Assembly: GCA_963924565.1 (NCBI GenBank) | Contig: OZ004612.1 | Location: 26,846,001-26,910,000, forward strand | Source of the DNA: Ascidiella aspersa | Taxonomy: Eukaryota | Reading direction: 5' to 3' | Length of the DNA stretch: 64,000 nucleotides | Shown here: positions 35,304 through 47,871 of the stretch, piece by piece | How the letters are laid out: every line of letters begins with the position of its first letter | Position numbering within the stretch: the first letter of the stretch is position 1 | Made by a program: the position numbers and the translations under genes | The notes under the pieces: model-generated | Database searches by the model: none | The model's input: only the letters and a program-made list of their open reading frames with translations | Told to the model about the DNA's origin: nothing

Positions 35304-35926
35304 CTCTTCCTAATGGACTTTGAATTCGTTGAATAAACACTAACCAAATAATAGTAGGGTATAAATTAAAACTTTTATTGTTTAAATGTATATTACAACT
35401 GCAACAAGTGGATACAGGTTTATTAGAGTAAACTTTGCCTGGTATAGCTATAGCAATAAGATCAATTATAGGGCTGATGTTAGCCCGTCTGGAATGTATG
35501 GAAGATCTCGTCAAGAGTTTGCATATGCACAACAGAAAAAATCTGGGTGAAAGGGTGCACCAACATTCAAAAGTGCATGTTGTTTAACACTGCACACTCA
35601 GTTAAAAATAACCAGAGACAGAACCCAGCATAAATTGATATTCATCAATCCGCTTATAGGGGTGTTATATAATTCCACATAACATGGTAATTTGCTATTC
35701 CACTTTTACAATTTAAAGTTTGGGGCCTTATTAATTGACAAAGATCTTGCGGGTGCACGGCGGAAAAAAATGGGGTGACTGGATGAAACTGGGGTCAAAA
35801 GTGCACCACGCTACTATAAAATAACAAAATTTATCCACTGCATACATGTAATGTTATTACAGCTGGATGATTGAAGTAGCTTTACCACAGTTCAAAATAT
35901 TAAGCTAGTCGAATGAGAGAGAAATA

Positions 35927-36199
35927 GGTGCTCTTTTACTTATGTACGTGAAAAGTTATGCAAAAAACAAAACAAAATAATACCGCATACCACAACGCAT
36001 ATTGTTTGGGTTAGGGTGCGGGTTAGCATTTGGGTGAGGGTGGGTCAAGTAATATTATGTTTATTATTAATAATAACTTGACTTACCCTCAACCAAACGC
36101 TAACCCGCACCCTAACCCAAACAATATGCGTTGTGGTACGCGGCATTTGAAGAAAGCTTTTTTTTTATTGATTTTCACGTACATAAGTAGAACAGCACC
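35927..36199. mobile_element. Foldback-type palindromic MITE
   Basis: ~125-bp inverted arms (ggtgc...tacttatgtacgtgaaaa...gggttagggtgcgggttagc) around an AT-rich spacer; TSD gagaaata on both sides. Confidence 0.85.
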
Positions 36200-37485
36200 G
36201 AGAAATAGATATAATAATAATACTTGGCCCACCAGTTGGGATAACCCAAATAATGTTAGCCATTCTCACAAACTCTCCGGACAAAAGATTATTTTATGCC
36301 CACAAGAGTTTGACCTTATCCCCAGCACAGCGTTAAAAAAAATTATATCAGTGGCTTTCAGTGCACATTATTTGGGGTATGGTGCGGGTAAGGTTTGGGT
36401 GGTACCGTGATTCAAGTATCTCAGTTTGCTTTAGGTGGTGGCCAATGTGGAAAGTATAGCAAGTGCACCCGCGAGTTGTTTTCAACCTTTGAAACGTACA
36501 CCCCGAAAAAAATCTGAACCTTTTTTGCACTTGATAACTTGGACTTTTTCGGCCGTGCTCTCGACAAGATCTGCCATACTTTCCAGACTGGGATGGTGGT
36601 AGTATTATATTTAAGTTACCGAGTTTTGCATAACTTGCATTATCAAAAATCATGTTTAATTAATTATGTTATCCTCCGAGTAAATAGCCTCAAGAAGTGC
36701 ACGATGGGTTTTTGACTGATTGCTCTTTTTCGCTTGTAACCGTTAATGACTTGAGTCGAATTGTACTACTTGTGTTTTGGGTAAATTTCGAGAAGCTACG
36801 ATAAAGAATTAACTGAAAACATTAAACATGCGCATTGAGCACTTTAGGTAAGAATTAATAAAATGCAAAAACTATATAGCACAGGCGAGAATTTCCGATT
36901 AGAAATCACAGTAATATTAGCTTAGCTTAAACCTTATTACATTTTTTGGGGGTACAAAACGAAGCTTTCCAAATACATAAGACAGAACTGAACAACCTAA
37001 ATTAAAAAAAACTACACAAGTTACGCTTGACTCATCCATTTGGTATAAATTTTGACTCCCGCCAAAATGCAATTTTTTATAAAGGGGTGTGTTTTCTTGC
37101 TTGACAAACGATAACCTCATATTATATTGTTTTTTTTTTACTAAAAGGCTTGAAGGGAAATATATTTTGGAGGTTTACTTGGCCAAATCAAGATTTGTTT
37201 GGTTAATAAAACTTTATTGAGTTGATATGACCCATTTGCACTACAGTTTTAAATATTATATTAAGCAAAATAAAAGCAACTAACTAGGCCGCTACAGATA
37301 TCTGGGCATCACAGACCTTCCATATAGAGGTCAAAAAACAATATCAATCACAGTCATCAAGCCTAACATTCTTCTTCTTGATTCTTAGCAGAAATACAAT
37401 CTATTTATTAACATGCGTTTGTACCTACTGGATAAATATAGACTTTAGCTTAATAGTAAACAACTAACACTTCAAAATACCTTAC

Positions 37486-37620
37486 CTTGCTGCCTAATCC
37501 TTTGATCATAGTGAAGTTATTATGGGCCTACTCTTTCGGTTGCACACTCCAGACAGAATGTTATCGTTATACTTGGTGGCGTGATTGTAGGAAATTTTCG
37601 TGACAACGCCAAATTAAAAA
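37486..37620 (-). other. Putative non-coding first exon / promoter-proximal region of Nup155
   Basis: Strong donor GCAAG|GTAAGG at 37485, and a CpG-richer segment upstream. The 5' end is a guess. Confidence 0.35.
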
Positions 37621-38062
37621 TCCAGCATCCGGCCCTGCGGATTGTTTTTCGTTTTACGTCTTACGCTATTGACCAGTACCGCCTTTAAATTGATATAATC
37701 TATATCTGGTTAAATATTCATGGGTAGAACTACACCGCACTGAAATAGCTCTTGATACTTGAGTTATCTCAACTAACTTTAATTTATTATGCCGCTAGGC
37801 AGTGCATCGGATGAAAGTCTGTTAAGAGGCCTCCCTAACTCATATTGAAAGAAAGGGTATTTGGTCTCTCTGTTTTAGCAAATATTATTGTTGTTCCAAT
37901 TACTGCATTCATGCATTCTCTATTTGATACAATTATCATTTTTTTTAGTCTGAAAGCCAAAGCGAACACTTTTATTTAACACAATTTGAAGAAAAACAGA
38001 AAACGAAGGAACTCGATTGGCAAGAAATAAAGGAGCCTAAAAATGACTCGCCATTCAGAAAA

Positions 38063-41000
38063 TCAAGCGACATTGTTCAACGAGAATATGTCGGAAATGC
38101 GAACGGAGCATGAATTGATTGTTACGTCACGAGGGGCGCATTGTCGAGGAACAATGGGCGACGGCTGCAACGAGTCGAGGTAGCTCCTGTAGACGAGGTC
38201 GAGGCGTGGCGCGCGGCAAGAACCGGCCCTCATCGACGCCCTTTTCCGTTTCCGTAATTCCGAATCATCGTTCCGTTTCGCCGCTTTTCCGTAATTAAGT
38301 CCAACTAGGTCGGGACAAGTAGGTATCGCCGAAGTGACAGTTTCGTCGTCAAGCACGGCCTTGACGTCATCGTGCTCAGATATGACGTCATCGTTCTCGG
38401 ATATGACGTCATCGTGTTCAAATCTGACGTCAACTAGATCAGCTCTGACGTCATCCTGATCGGGTATGACATCAGGCCAGTTGGTTTTAGTAACGAGGTG
38501 CTGGTCGTAATCGAGGTCAACGCGTTCTAGTTTGACGAAAACGTTGTCGGTTGTGGCGTCATCGCGTTCAGATATGACGTCATCATTATTGGTTGCGGAA
38601 CTCGTCTTGCTTTTGCCAGTTTCGGAGAAGAGAGGGAAATGTTTATCAACACAATCTTGAAGTTTCGCGTTTAACGACGATTCGTCAATAATTATGACGT
38701 CACTTAAGGCGCTTCTCGAGTCGACGTCGATTCCGCGCGACTTCCGCTTTCGCCAGAAGCGGTTCAGGGTGGGCAGCTCGGAGTCGCCACGCGATCGCTT
38801 CGTCATCACTTTCCGCAAATCCGGTTTGCCGGCGTTGAGCAGCGCCTCGACCTCTTTGCGGATCCGCGTCATCTTCTCTTCTTCGCTCTCGATAGAACAA
38901 GATGGCGGCGCAGATTGATTGACAGGTGAGGACAAGTGAGCTTGGTCTTCACTTTGCTCCGCTGCTTTCTCTTGTGTCGTTTGATTAACAGGTGAGGGCT
39001 GGGAAGGCTGATCTGATGTTTTCTCTTGTATAGAGTTGTTCAGCTGGTGTTCGACATGTGATGGGCGTACAGGAGGTGTTTCACTGATGGAAACCTTCAC
39101 CTTTAAGCCTTGATCTCCTACTTCTTCAAGCGTTGGACTCTTTTGCTTTTGATTGAAATTGGATCGGCGTGTTAAGTGCATTTCCGTGCTTGAAACGACT
39201 GAGGAGTTAATAGTTTGTTTTGCTGGTTGTGAGACAGAGCTGTTTTGTAGAAGCTGTGCCAGAATTGGCGATTTGCGTTCCTTCGTAGCGGATGTAGCTA
39301 AATCAACTATAGGGACTTGTCTAGTCTGTTGTACTCTTCTTTCGACGTGTTGGCTTAGCCTGGATATAACCAGCACCATCCGTACACTGGTGCATGGGAA
39401 ATAGGCCACAATGCGTGAAACGTCACCCGCGTTCTTTACAAGGAAGTAGCTCTTCTTGGCTTCACGAGCGCCGCCGCTCCAAGGACTCCTGGGCGGGAAT
39501 TCGACGCACACGAACATCTTGGTGCTTTCGTGGAGATGCGCAGCTATGGCGGCCTCGGCGACGCGCGGGTCGTCTGACAGTGCGTACATGACGTAATCGC
39601 GTGACCTCACGTCACTGACGTCCTTGCCTAGGAACCGACCGACAATTTGCGGCAGAACCCAGTCGTGGTGTATCGGCTTTCTTTGCGCAGTTTTCGAACA
39701 CGAGAGCAGAAAAGTCGCGTCGTCAGCGTCTTGAGGCTCTACGACCCGCGAATGCGGCGGCCACTGCTTATTGTTCCTTACCGTCTTTGCGACGGAATCT
39801 CCGGTCTTCGAAACCGGTGCTTGTAACTGGCCCCGCTTAATGTTCCTTGCCTTCATTGTAATTGATTCCTGTGGCGTTGAATGGTTGCCTCTGATCGAAT
39901 CGACCTTGCCCTGCAGTGAGAAGCAGTTGACGATTTGAATGTCGTCGCAGTTCTCGTTGTTCGGCGTCTTCTTTTGGTTGAAAGGGGACAACCGGTTGGT
40001 GGTTGTCTGCTGATGCTGAGACTTGTCTTCCATCTTTCTTCTGGTTTTGCTAAGACTCTTCACTTCCAAAAGGAGGTCGTCAAGAGTCAACTCGTTGCTT
40101 GGTGCTGTGCTGGGCACATCACCCTCTGAAAAACGACCCAACAAAGTTAGGATACGGTACCTATAGACTTTCACAACACGAGTTCATCCTGAAATTTCTA
40201 GAACTTGGGCGTCACTTAGATGCGCTAAAATTTTATCAAGTTGGAGGTTATATTTAAAAAATCGCGTCCCTGTTAAGAAGTAGTCAATCAATCTAGTAGT
40301 TAAATTTAACTTAAATCTTGCGACACAAAAATCGTTATTTTTTATTCCAATGCCAATTAATTTTAATGGAATTTTAAAATGCATGCTTTTAAAATTAAGT
40401 AATTTTTAATGCATGCTTTTTAAAAATAACTTTTTCCTGTTGGATTTAGTTAACTAAAGTAATAAGTATTTCGTCAAGTCATTAAAGTGTATATATGAAA
40501 TAAGCATTTGTAGAGTGTTGTTACTTTACAAGTTCGTAATTCTTATAGGAAAATTCAAATTTTATAAAAAATGTAAATTAGAATAAATGTCAAATATCGG
40601 CCAATGAAGGGTTTTAAACAACCAAGTTAACTTACCTGAAGTCACAACACGTATCAGCTTCTCTCCAAGTGATGGTTGTTGTAGTTGAGGGGAAGATTGA
40701 GGTGGATTGGGAGCTTGATGAGATAATTGCTGAATCTGAGGGGATTTTCGTTGATTTTGGGGAGACAATTGTTGGGTTTGTTGGGGGGAGACTCTTTCAG
40801 TTTGTTGTGACTGCTGAGTGCATTGCATCTGGTTTTCTAGGTTTGCAAGCTCTCTAGTCCGCCGCTGATTTAAAGACTGCAGTTGAACCTCGAAGGGAAT
40901 TTGTTGACTCTGCGTTGGTATTGCGGCATGTTGGTTGGGAGTTTGTTGGTATTGTGTTGAAATAGCTGATGAAAAATGGCCGTATTGTTGATTTGGTGGC

Positions 41001-41782
41001 GACGAGCGTTGACGCTGCTCTTTATGATTGGCTGTAGTTTGTCCTTTGGCGACATTCACAAACGGCTCAGGCGTCGTGGATGGCAAGTTGAGGTATTTAT
41101 CGGTCTCGGCATGGACCTGAGCATTGCTTTTGTAAGCGACGGGATTCATATGCTGGTTCTGGTTCAGGTGGTTTTCAAGCGACAATTCAGCGCTGTTGCT
41201 GCGAAAGTACTGCTTGGTACTGAGGGATCCTAGCTGAACATCGACCAATGTTCGCCTCACGACGTACTGCTGAGTGTTTTGAGGCATCAGCTTTGGGTTG
41301 TAGGCGCTAGACGGATGCTGTCCTTTCAGCATTCCACTCTGTTGCAACTGCATAGGAGTTAAATTGGGATGTTCATGGGATGGCTGTTTTTGTAAGGCTA
41401 CCAACTGGTTCACGTGGGTTTGCGGTTCGGGCAAGTTGCCCACGTTGATGTTGTACTGGATCACCTGCTGGTTAACGTTGCAGCCTGCCTGCTGATTAAG
41501 TTGGGTTTGCTCGGCGAAAGTCTGACCTTGGTTGTTCTGCATCTGACATTGATAAGCCCCAGCGGTCGCCGGCTGCTTCTTGTAATCTTCTCTTTTTGTG
41601 TTGTAAGAAGAGCTGTTGTGTTCAGGATGTTGATACGAGCGAACAGAGCTCCTTGGAAAGGCCACGTTCTGAGAAAAGACGATGGTCTGGTTGCTTTGTA
41701 CGCCGTGATTCACCTGACCTTTACCGTTGCTGTGGCTGTTGTTGGCCAAATGTTGCCAATGATTAGTCGCGTTTACGTCCAT
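38063..41782 (-). CDS. Uncharacterised Q-rich, low-complexity, putatively nuclear protein, paralog A (~1069 aa, 2 coding exons)
   Basis: join(complement(40636..41782),complement(38063..40125)). Phase-1 GT-AG intron (TCAG|gtaagt ... ttcag|AG); ORFs of 406 and 703 aa; colinear with paralog B; AATAAA at 37976-37971. Confidence 0.85.
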
Positions 41783-43099
41783 TTGGACGAATCTTTATGA
41801 GCAAAAATTGCTAGTTGATTTACAGTGTATTTTGTTTGCCTTACGATGACCTTCAGTTACAATAACAAAATTGGGAATGTTGAATAAACAAAGAATTATT
41901 TATAGTTAACGTAACTAAACAGGTAATTTTACTAATAAAACAAGTTGATTACATATGAGGCTTCTTTAAGTAAACAAAACTGAAGACTCACAAAAATAGC
42001 CATTCGCGATAAAACACAATAAAACCAATACCAAAAACACTGTCTAAGCTAATGTCAACTAAATATTTCCTTCCCTGATATTATCTGAAAACAATTCACA
42101 GCAAAAATTGTTAAAAAATCAAAATATAAAACACAGGTAGCTAGTACCAGTAAAAAAAATCCAGTAACAAAGAAAAACAAATAATTGAAACGACCATATA
42201 AGCTTAAATTTCATCTATATCTCGCATATGTAGTACCAGGGCAAAACATAAACAAGTTGTTTCTCATAACAGAGCGTATAGCAGCGAAATATAATAGACC
42301 AGTGATGTTGTGCAGTATGCTATACAGGAAACTGTTTCTAGTGTTTCGTGTAGTCCGGAAATACCTTGCATCGCACGACTTTTTGCTGCAGTACCCTGCC
42401 TTACAAATCCCCTTCTATATCGCTACACAGTCCCGCGGAATAAACATGTTCTTCTGTCCAAAGTAGTGAAACACAAACTGTATGCCGCGGTACACTAAAG
42501 TGCTTCGAGAGATTTTGTTAAGTGTGCTGTGAAACTTAGTGTAATTTAGGATTAAATAAGTTATTTGAATAAAATAGGCACACACGCAGACATTTCAGAC
42601 TTGAATACGCCTTATCCATTGATAACAATAAGACATTACACTTAGTTTGTCGTGTGTCATATCTAACCTTCAGTCTAATACAGCAAAACACCAGTAATTA
42701 ATGGAACAAAATCGGTGGCATTAGAAGTTTACTGCTACGTTTTATGCAATCGCATCTAAACTAGTCATTCAAGATAGGATTATCATTCCAAATAAATAAC
42801 TATATTTCTTTAAAGTTTTGCAAAATACTAACTAAAGTTTTTGCTAAATACTAACACTTACTCGTTTATATTTACTGGCCAAGATTTAACAATATAGCTT
42901 TGTTGCTGAATAGTGACGAAGAAACAAGAAACTTTCTACGAATCGCATTAGCAGAACTGCAAAGTTTGCAGAGGAGTACAACTTAACAGCAACAGCTTTT
43001 GCTAAAGCCTTTTTCGCTGAACCTGACTGCACTGCTGGACTGAAGCAGGTTGCATAAACTTAACTATCGAATCAGACCGACCTAAAAGTCACGGTTGCC

Positions 43100-43260
43100 T
43101 TTGTACTGGGCGCCTTTTTCTGTTTGACCTACTTAAAAGCTAGACCTTTCTAGCGCTGTAATGGGTAGCAAACTATCCCCAGTAAATATTATCATATTGA
43201 TTACTTGTCCAGCCGTGCGCCACGAATTCTAAAGAGGAAAAAATATCACAACGGAAATTT
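43100..43260 (-). promoter_or_regulatory. Conserved putative promoter block of paralog A, containing a RORE-like TTAAGTAGGTCA
   Basis: Non-coding conservation with 60220-60520. Lies just upstream of the inferred non-coding first exon (donor at 42861). Motif at 43136-43125. Confidence 0.5.
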
Positions 43261-43484
43261 GCCAGGCGTTAGGGGTCGGAAACGATTAATCGTGAAGCTA
43301 CACTTTGCTGAGCGCTCTGCAGTTGCTAAGATATCGTTTAAACTACTGTACACAAGATGTAGGCTCCGTGTAAATGCTTAACATGTGTACAACGCATGTG
43401 ACAAAGATCATATCGAACGGTAGCACGTCTTTATTAGCAGCGCACGCCAGAAAATAAACCAGACTAAGTCATGGCGCGAACGTC

Positions 43485-43883
43485 TAGTGTTGTTATCACT
43501 CAAGTCAATGAGTGTGACTTGACTTAAGTCACTGTTTTTTTTTTTGGCCTAAGTATTTTGGGTAGGAATGACTTGCCTTGACTTGAGTCTTTTGGAAAAT
43601 GACTTGGATTGAAATAACTGGTTTTACTTAAAGATTTTTTTTTGTAAAATTGAGCTTTTTGTTTTTGTTTTTATGACGAGAACACCAAATTATGACTTGA
43701 CTTGACTTGGCTGGGACTTAACTTGTTATTTATTCAAAAATACTTGACTTTGACTTAAGTTATTTTACAAATGACTTGACTTGGACTTAAATCATTTAAA
43801 AATGACTTGACTTGGACTTATATCATTTAAAAATGACTTGACTTGGACTTACATCATTTAAAAAAGACTTTAATACAGCACTG
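43485..43883. mobile_element. GACTT-rich MITE inserted upstream of paralog A (absent at the equivalent site of B)
   Basis: Ends tagtgttgtta / tacagcactg; degenerate TSD cgaacgtc/cgaactta; internal ~32-bp tandem x3; the flanks are contiguous in copy B (~60960-61000). Confidence 0.75.
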
Positions 43884-44619
43884 CGAACTTAAAAAATGAA
43901 CTGCTGGCAACAAACGACACAAATAATGGCTGGGTTTCTACGACCGCGAAGCAATAAACAATACAGTGACGCGCCAAGGCATTTTCCGAAGACGAAAGAA
44001 AAAAACAGGCCTGCCTACAAACCCTCACGGGCCGGTCAGACGGTCTCCGCAGCTAATCCCTTTTACAGCAGTAGTTCTTAACCTATCCAGGAAACTTTTA
44101 ACCAGTGGTCTTCTACTGTAGTTGTGTGACAATAGCAGGTTTAAACTATGTTGCATATAATTCGTTATGTTAAACAAGGCTAAAAAAGTATTGAAAAAAC
44201 TCTCCCCAATAGCGCCAACCACCCTTAATTACAGAATGTTTTATTGTGGCAGAGACAGAATATAACTAGTGACAATGATATGACATCTCTAGTATAGTCT
44301 AACAGCCTTGGTCGGGCAGTAATACGTGTACTACTGGTTGAGAACCACTGGCTCTACAGACTTAAACATAGCAGTAGGCTACACAAGACCGAAAAAGTTA
44401 ACGACCTTTGACAAACAATTTAAGCTTAGGTGATCGACAGTTTCGATTAGGTATTGGGCGAATTGCGGCTTGTTTGCTTTAACTGCGATCGCGAAAATCT
44501 GATGATATTATTTCCAATGGTTTGCTGTACAACTTGTAAGATAAACGCGTATAATCGACTTCTTGTTGGTTAAAAACAAATAAGGCATGTTTGTCAAACC
44601 TGATCCCATATAAATTTCC

Positions 44620-45232
44620 GGCGCTGGTCTAGAATCTTACCTTAGCGATTAAACTTTTTTTTTTTCGCAGTAACGAAACGAGTTGTCACAATTAAAATTG
44701 CAAGGAAGAAATAAATATGGGCAAATAAATCTAATACTTGACCCCGGGAGGGTATCCAGAAATCCAAAAAGGGGGAGTCACGAATTTTTAATTTAAGGAA
44801 TTCCCCGTTTTTCCGCCTGACGTTATTGACGTCATAAAATAGTGACGGGTATTACGTCATAAAATAGTGATTGTCATGACGACATAAATAAATAAAAAAA
44901 AAATAATCAGAAACCGTCTATTAACGTCCAGCAAAAGCGAAACTTTAGACCCAAAGCAAACACGTGCGTCGTCAACAATCCTGCCAGGCGCCAGCTGCAA
45001 AACCGCTTGGTGTGCAATCGTTAACTTTAGGGGAGGAACTAAACCAAGACCGTGAAATATGTGTGATTGAGATCCATGTACGGGAGTAGGCTACGCTAAA
45101 TTGCAAGTACGTTTCTCTCCACCTGCTATACTAAACGAAGAACGTTTTCACGGGTGTTATTCGATTAGCGCAACATCTGCGCCGGGCAATAAACCCCAGG
45201 ACTAAAATTTGTAAGGATTCTAGACCAGCGCC
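44620..45232. mobile_element. Non-autonomous TIR element
   Basis: 21-bp TIR ggcgctggtctagaatcttac / gtaaggattctagaccagcgcc; degenerate TSD aaatttcc/aaataccc. Confidence 0.75.
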
Positions 45233-46027
45233 AAATACCCACGCCTTAAAGAACTGCTTTGTCTACTTTCTCCCAAAATGTGGCTGAAAATGTGACAAAC
45301 CTTCTTTCAAATTTGTTTGCCTTGTCTTACACAGTAAATATGAACAGTGCTGACTTATTTTCTGTTTGCAATATGCCACATTCTATCGTATAGCACTGTT
45401 CATATTTACTGTGTTGTTAATACCGCAAAGGATATTAAATGTGTTTTCAAGCTTTAAATGGAACCAGAGAAGGCAGGGTTCTTTAACGCCCTGCGCAATA
45501 TCACGCGGGAACCTACATCGCCATAATTCTAATTTCATTTTAATGAAAACAGTCACGTGGTAGAAAACTGCAGTGTTGCCCTATTCGCTTAATAATTATT
45601 GCGCCTATCTGGAACATTGACCAGCAAAATTCCGGACATAAATAGTAGATAATCACAACAATAACAAAAACGGCCCCAATTTTTACCTTTATCTTCATGC
45701 TCGGCGTAGTCAAGTGATATTGGTTTCCGCCAAAGACAGTTAATTTATGTGATTCGAGATTTCATTCAATGGAATGCCAAAAAACGGCATTTAAGGCTTG
45801 CTCATGACTGCATGGTTAGCTGGTTTTAGTTCGCGGTTTAGATTTTTCTATTGTTGTCTACCGCGGTCAAAGGTCAACTTCGGTATTGACTTGGCTGGTT
45901 AATCGTCTGAAAAGTCCAAACCTCGTAGTCGTGCCGCAAGTGGTTAGCGTAGATTTGAATTGTCACCGGGTTAATCTTTAAATATGCGTTCGGCAGAATT
46001 TAATTTCGCGCAATAATTACAGCCATG

Positions 46028-46266
46028 AAGAGGCGTAGCCAGGGTATTTTGCGCCCTGGGGCAAACTATAAAATTAGCGCCCCCTCCTCCATGTTTAATC
46101 ACACTTTCTATTACATTTGCATAATAAACCTTACTTTATGCGAAAAAACGATTCAAATCTTAATAGAACATTGTATTTAAAGAAGAAGCAGCCTCATTTT
46201 GGCGCCCCTGTACCTTGGCGCCCGGGAACATATGTACCCCACCGCACCCCCCTAGCTACGCCTCTG
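46028..46266. mobile_element. hAT-type MITE (GGCGTAGC family)
   Basis: Ends agaggcgtagc / gctacgcctctg; gcgccc subterminal motifs; partial TSD cagcca. Confidence 0.7.
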
Positions 46267-47871
46267 CAGCCAGTATCCCGTTATATTAAAAATGAGGAAC
46301 ATTACAGGCTTAGACGTATTACAGGTGCTGCTACAGGCCGCTGGTAATATAACTGGTTGAAAATGTGAGAGACCAAGAGCTGGTTTCTTAACTTGGTTAA
46401 TCAGAAAGCGCCACAACTTACACCAATACATTTGCTCAACTATATTTATTGTAAATGTATCTCAATAACTTTCCGAGTAAACTCCTTTAATTGTTTTTTG
46501 TTTTCACTGTGGGATTTTTTTAAATCTATGCTATCACTATGTCAAAGCCTTTGAACTTTATTGACTTTATTATTGGACTTGAGTTGTTACAGTATGTCAA
46601 CAAAAATTTCAACAGGATTTGGCCACTATAGATAATTTTCAACACAACTCAAGATAGAAAAAGACGTAATGAAGTATCACGTCAAAAACAGGGATTTTTA
46701 CGCAACATGGTTTCAATAGCCACAAAGACAAGACTGGCGGTACACAATTATTCAAGATTCCACTACTGATTAATCACATGATTTAGCCTACCATACCTTG
46801 GTAAACCGCATCCCACACAAATGAATCGTTTACTGGTCATGACAGCGTGCACAGTTTTTCCTAATAGAAAAATTATGATACCGTGTCCAGGGTGCGCTTT
46901 GTCACTGAGCACTCTTAAAGAGTTTTAAGGTATTTTTGTGTAAATTCCATGTTCATACTCTGGCGTAAGCATTTCAACATCTCATAGATAATGTTCAAAT
47001 GCAAACCGAATATTTGAAAAAGAAGATATCAAAATAATGTTCAAAATTCCATTTTTGTAACGCGTTAAAACACTGACTTGAAATGTGTACATAACAGTCA
47101 CTGGCACGAAAAATAGATTTTCGGAGTATTTGAGTATTTTACTGAAATGTCACAATAAATGGAACTGAAACATCACAATCAACTTTAAACATGTAGGAAA
47201 ATGTAATTTGATGTAATACTCTCTAATCGTATACAAATAGTTGTATCATGAAGCTTACCAATTGAAAAAAAAATCAGACTCTTAAAACTTCTCAACTATC
47301 TCGCGGCACCTTTTAACATTGGAAGCGGCACCCCGGTTGAGAGCCACTGGTGTAAACGATAAAGAAAGGGCCCGTTATATACCCTTATGCCTAGGCCTAT
47401 AGGTGTAAATGATATCACTTTTCGGTAACATAATAAAATAAATGTGGCTCTTGGTTTCTGCTGACATTCCTGGCCTACAGAAAATGCGGACAAACTTTTC
47501 GGCGGAGATTATTCACTAGTAGGCCATACGCGCCAATTTCTTCTCGCTTCGAAAAGATCGTTTCTGCGGAAACAGGCTGTCTGTAATTCGGAGTGGACGG
47601 CGGACAAAACAATCAGCTACACAACTATTCGCCAATCAGATGAATTGAGGATTTCTACGGAAATCACGCAATATGGCCGTAGACTGTTAGCAGGCCTTGA
47701 GTTACTTACTGTATGCATTTGTATAGCACAATGGTTCCTAATGTTGTATGGCTAACGGCAGCGTTACTAGCATTTTTGCCAAGTGGTTAACTGTGATATC
47801 ACAATATATATAAATATACTTTTATTTTGAACGTTTCAAATAACTCTTTATTCATTTTTAACATCTTAAGC

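Larger units (their letters stand above)
37960..44420. repeat. Segmental (tandem) duplication, copy A; copy B is ~53960-61680
   Basis: Homology extends beyond the CDS to the 3' UTR, the 5' UTR donor (cga|gtaagt at 42861 and 59998), and upstream blocks 43100-43260/60220-60520, 43460-44015/60955-61090 and 44325-44420/61595-61670. Confidence 0.8.

Noticed and set aside
35990-36140. Interstitial telomere array
   Set aside because: Only isolated GGGTTAG units inside an inverted-repeat element; not a tandem TTAGGG array.
36030-36410. 126-aa ORF with PNANPHPNPN
   Set aside because: Translation of the foldback MITE arm.
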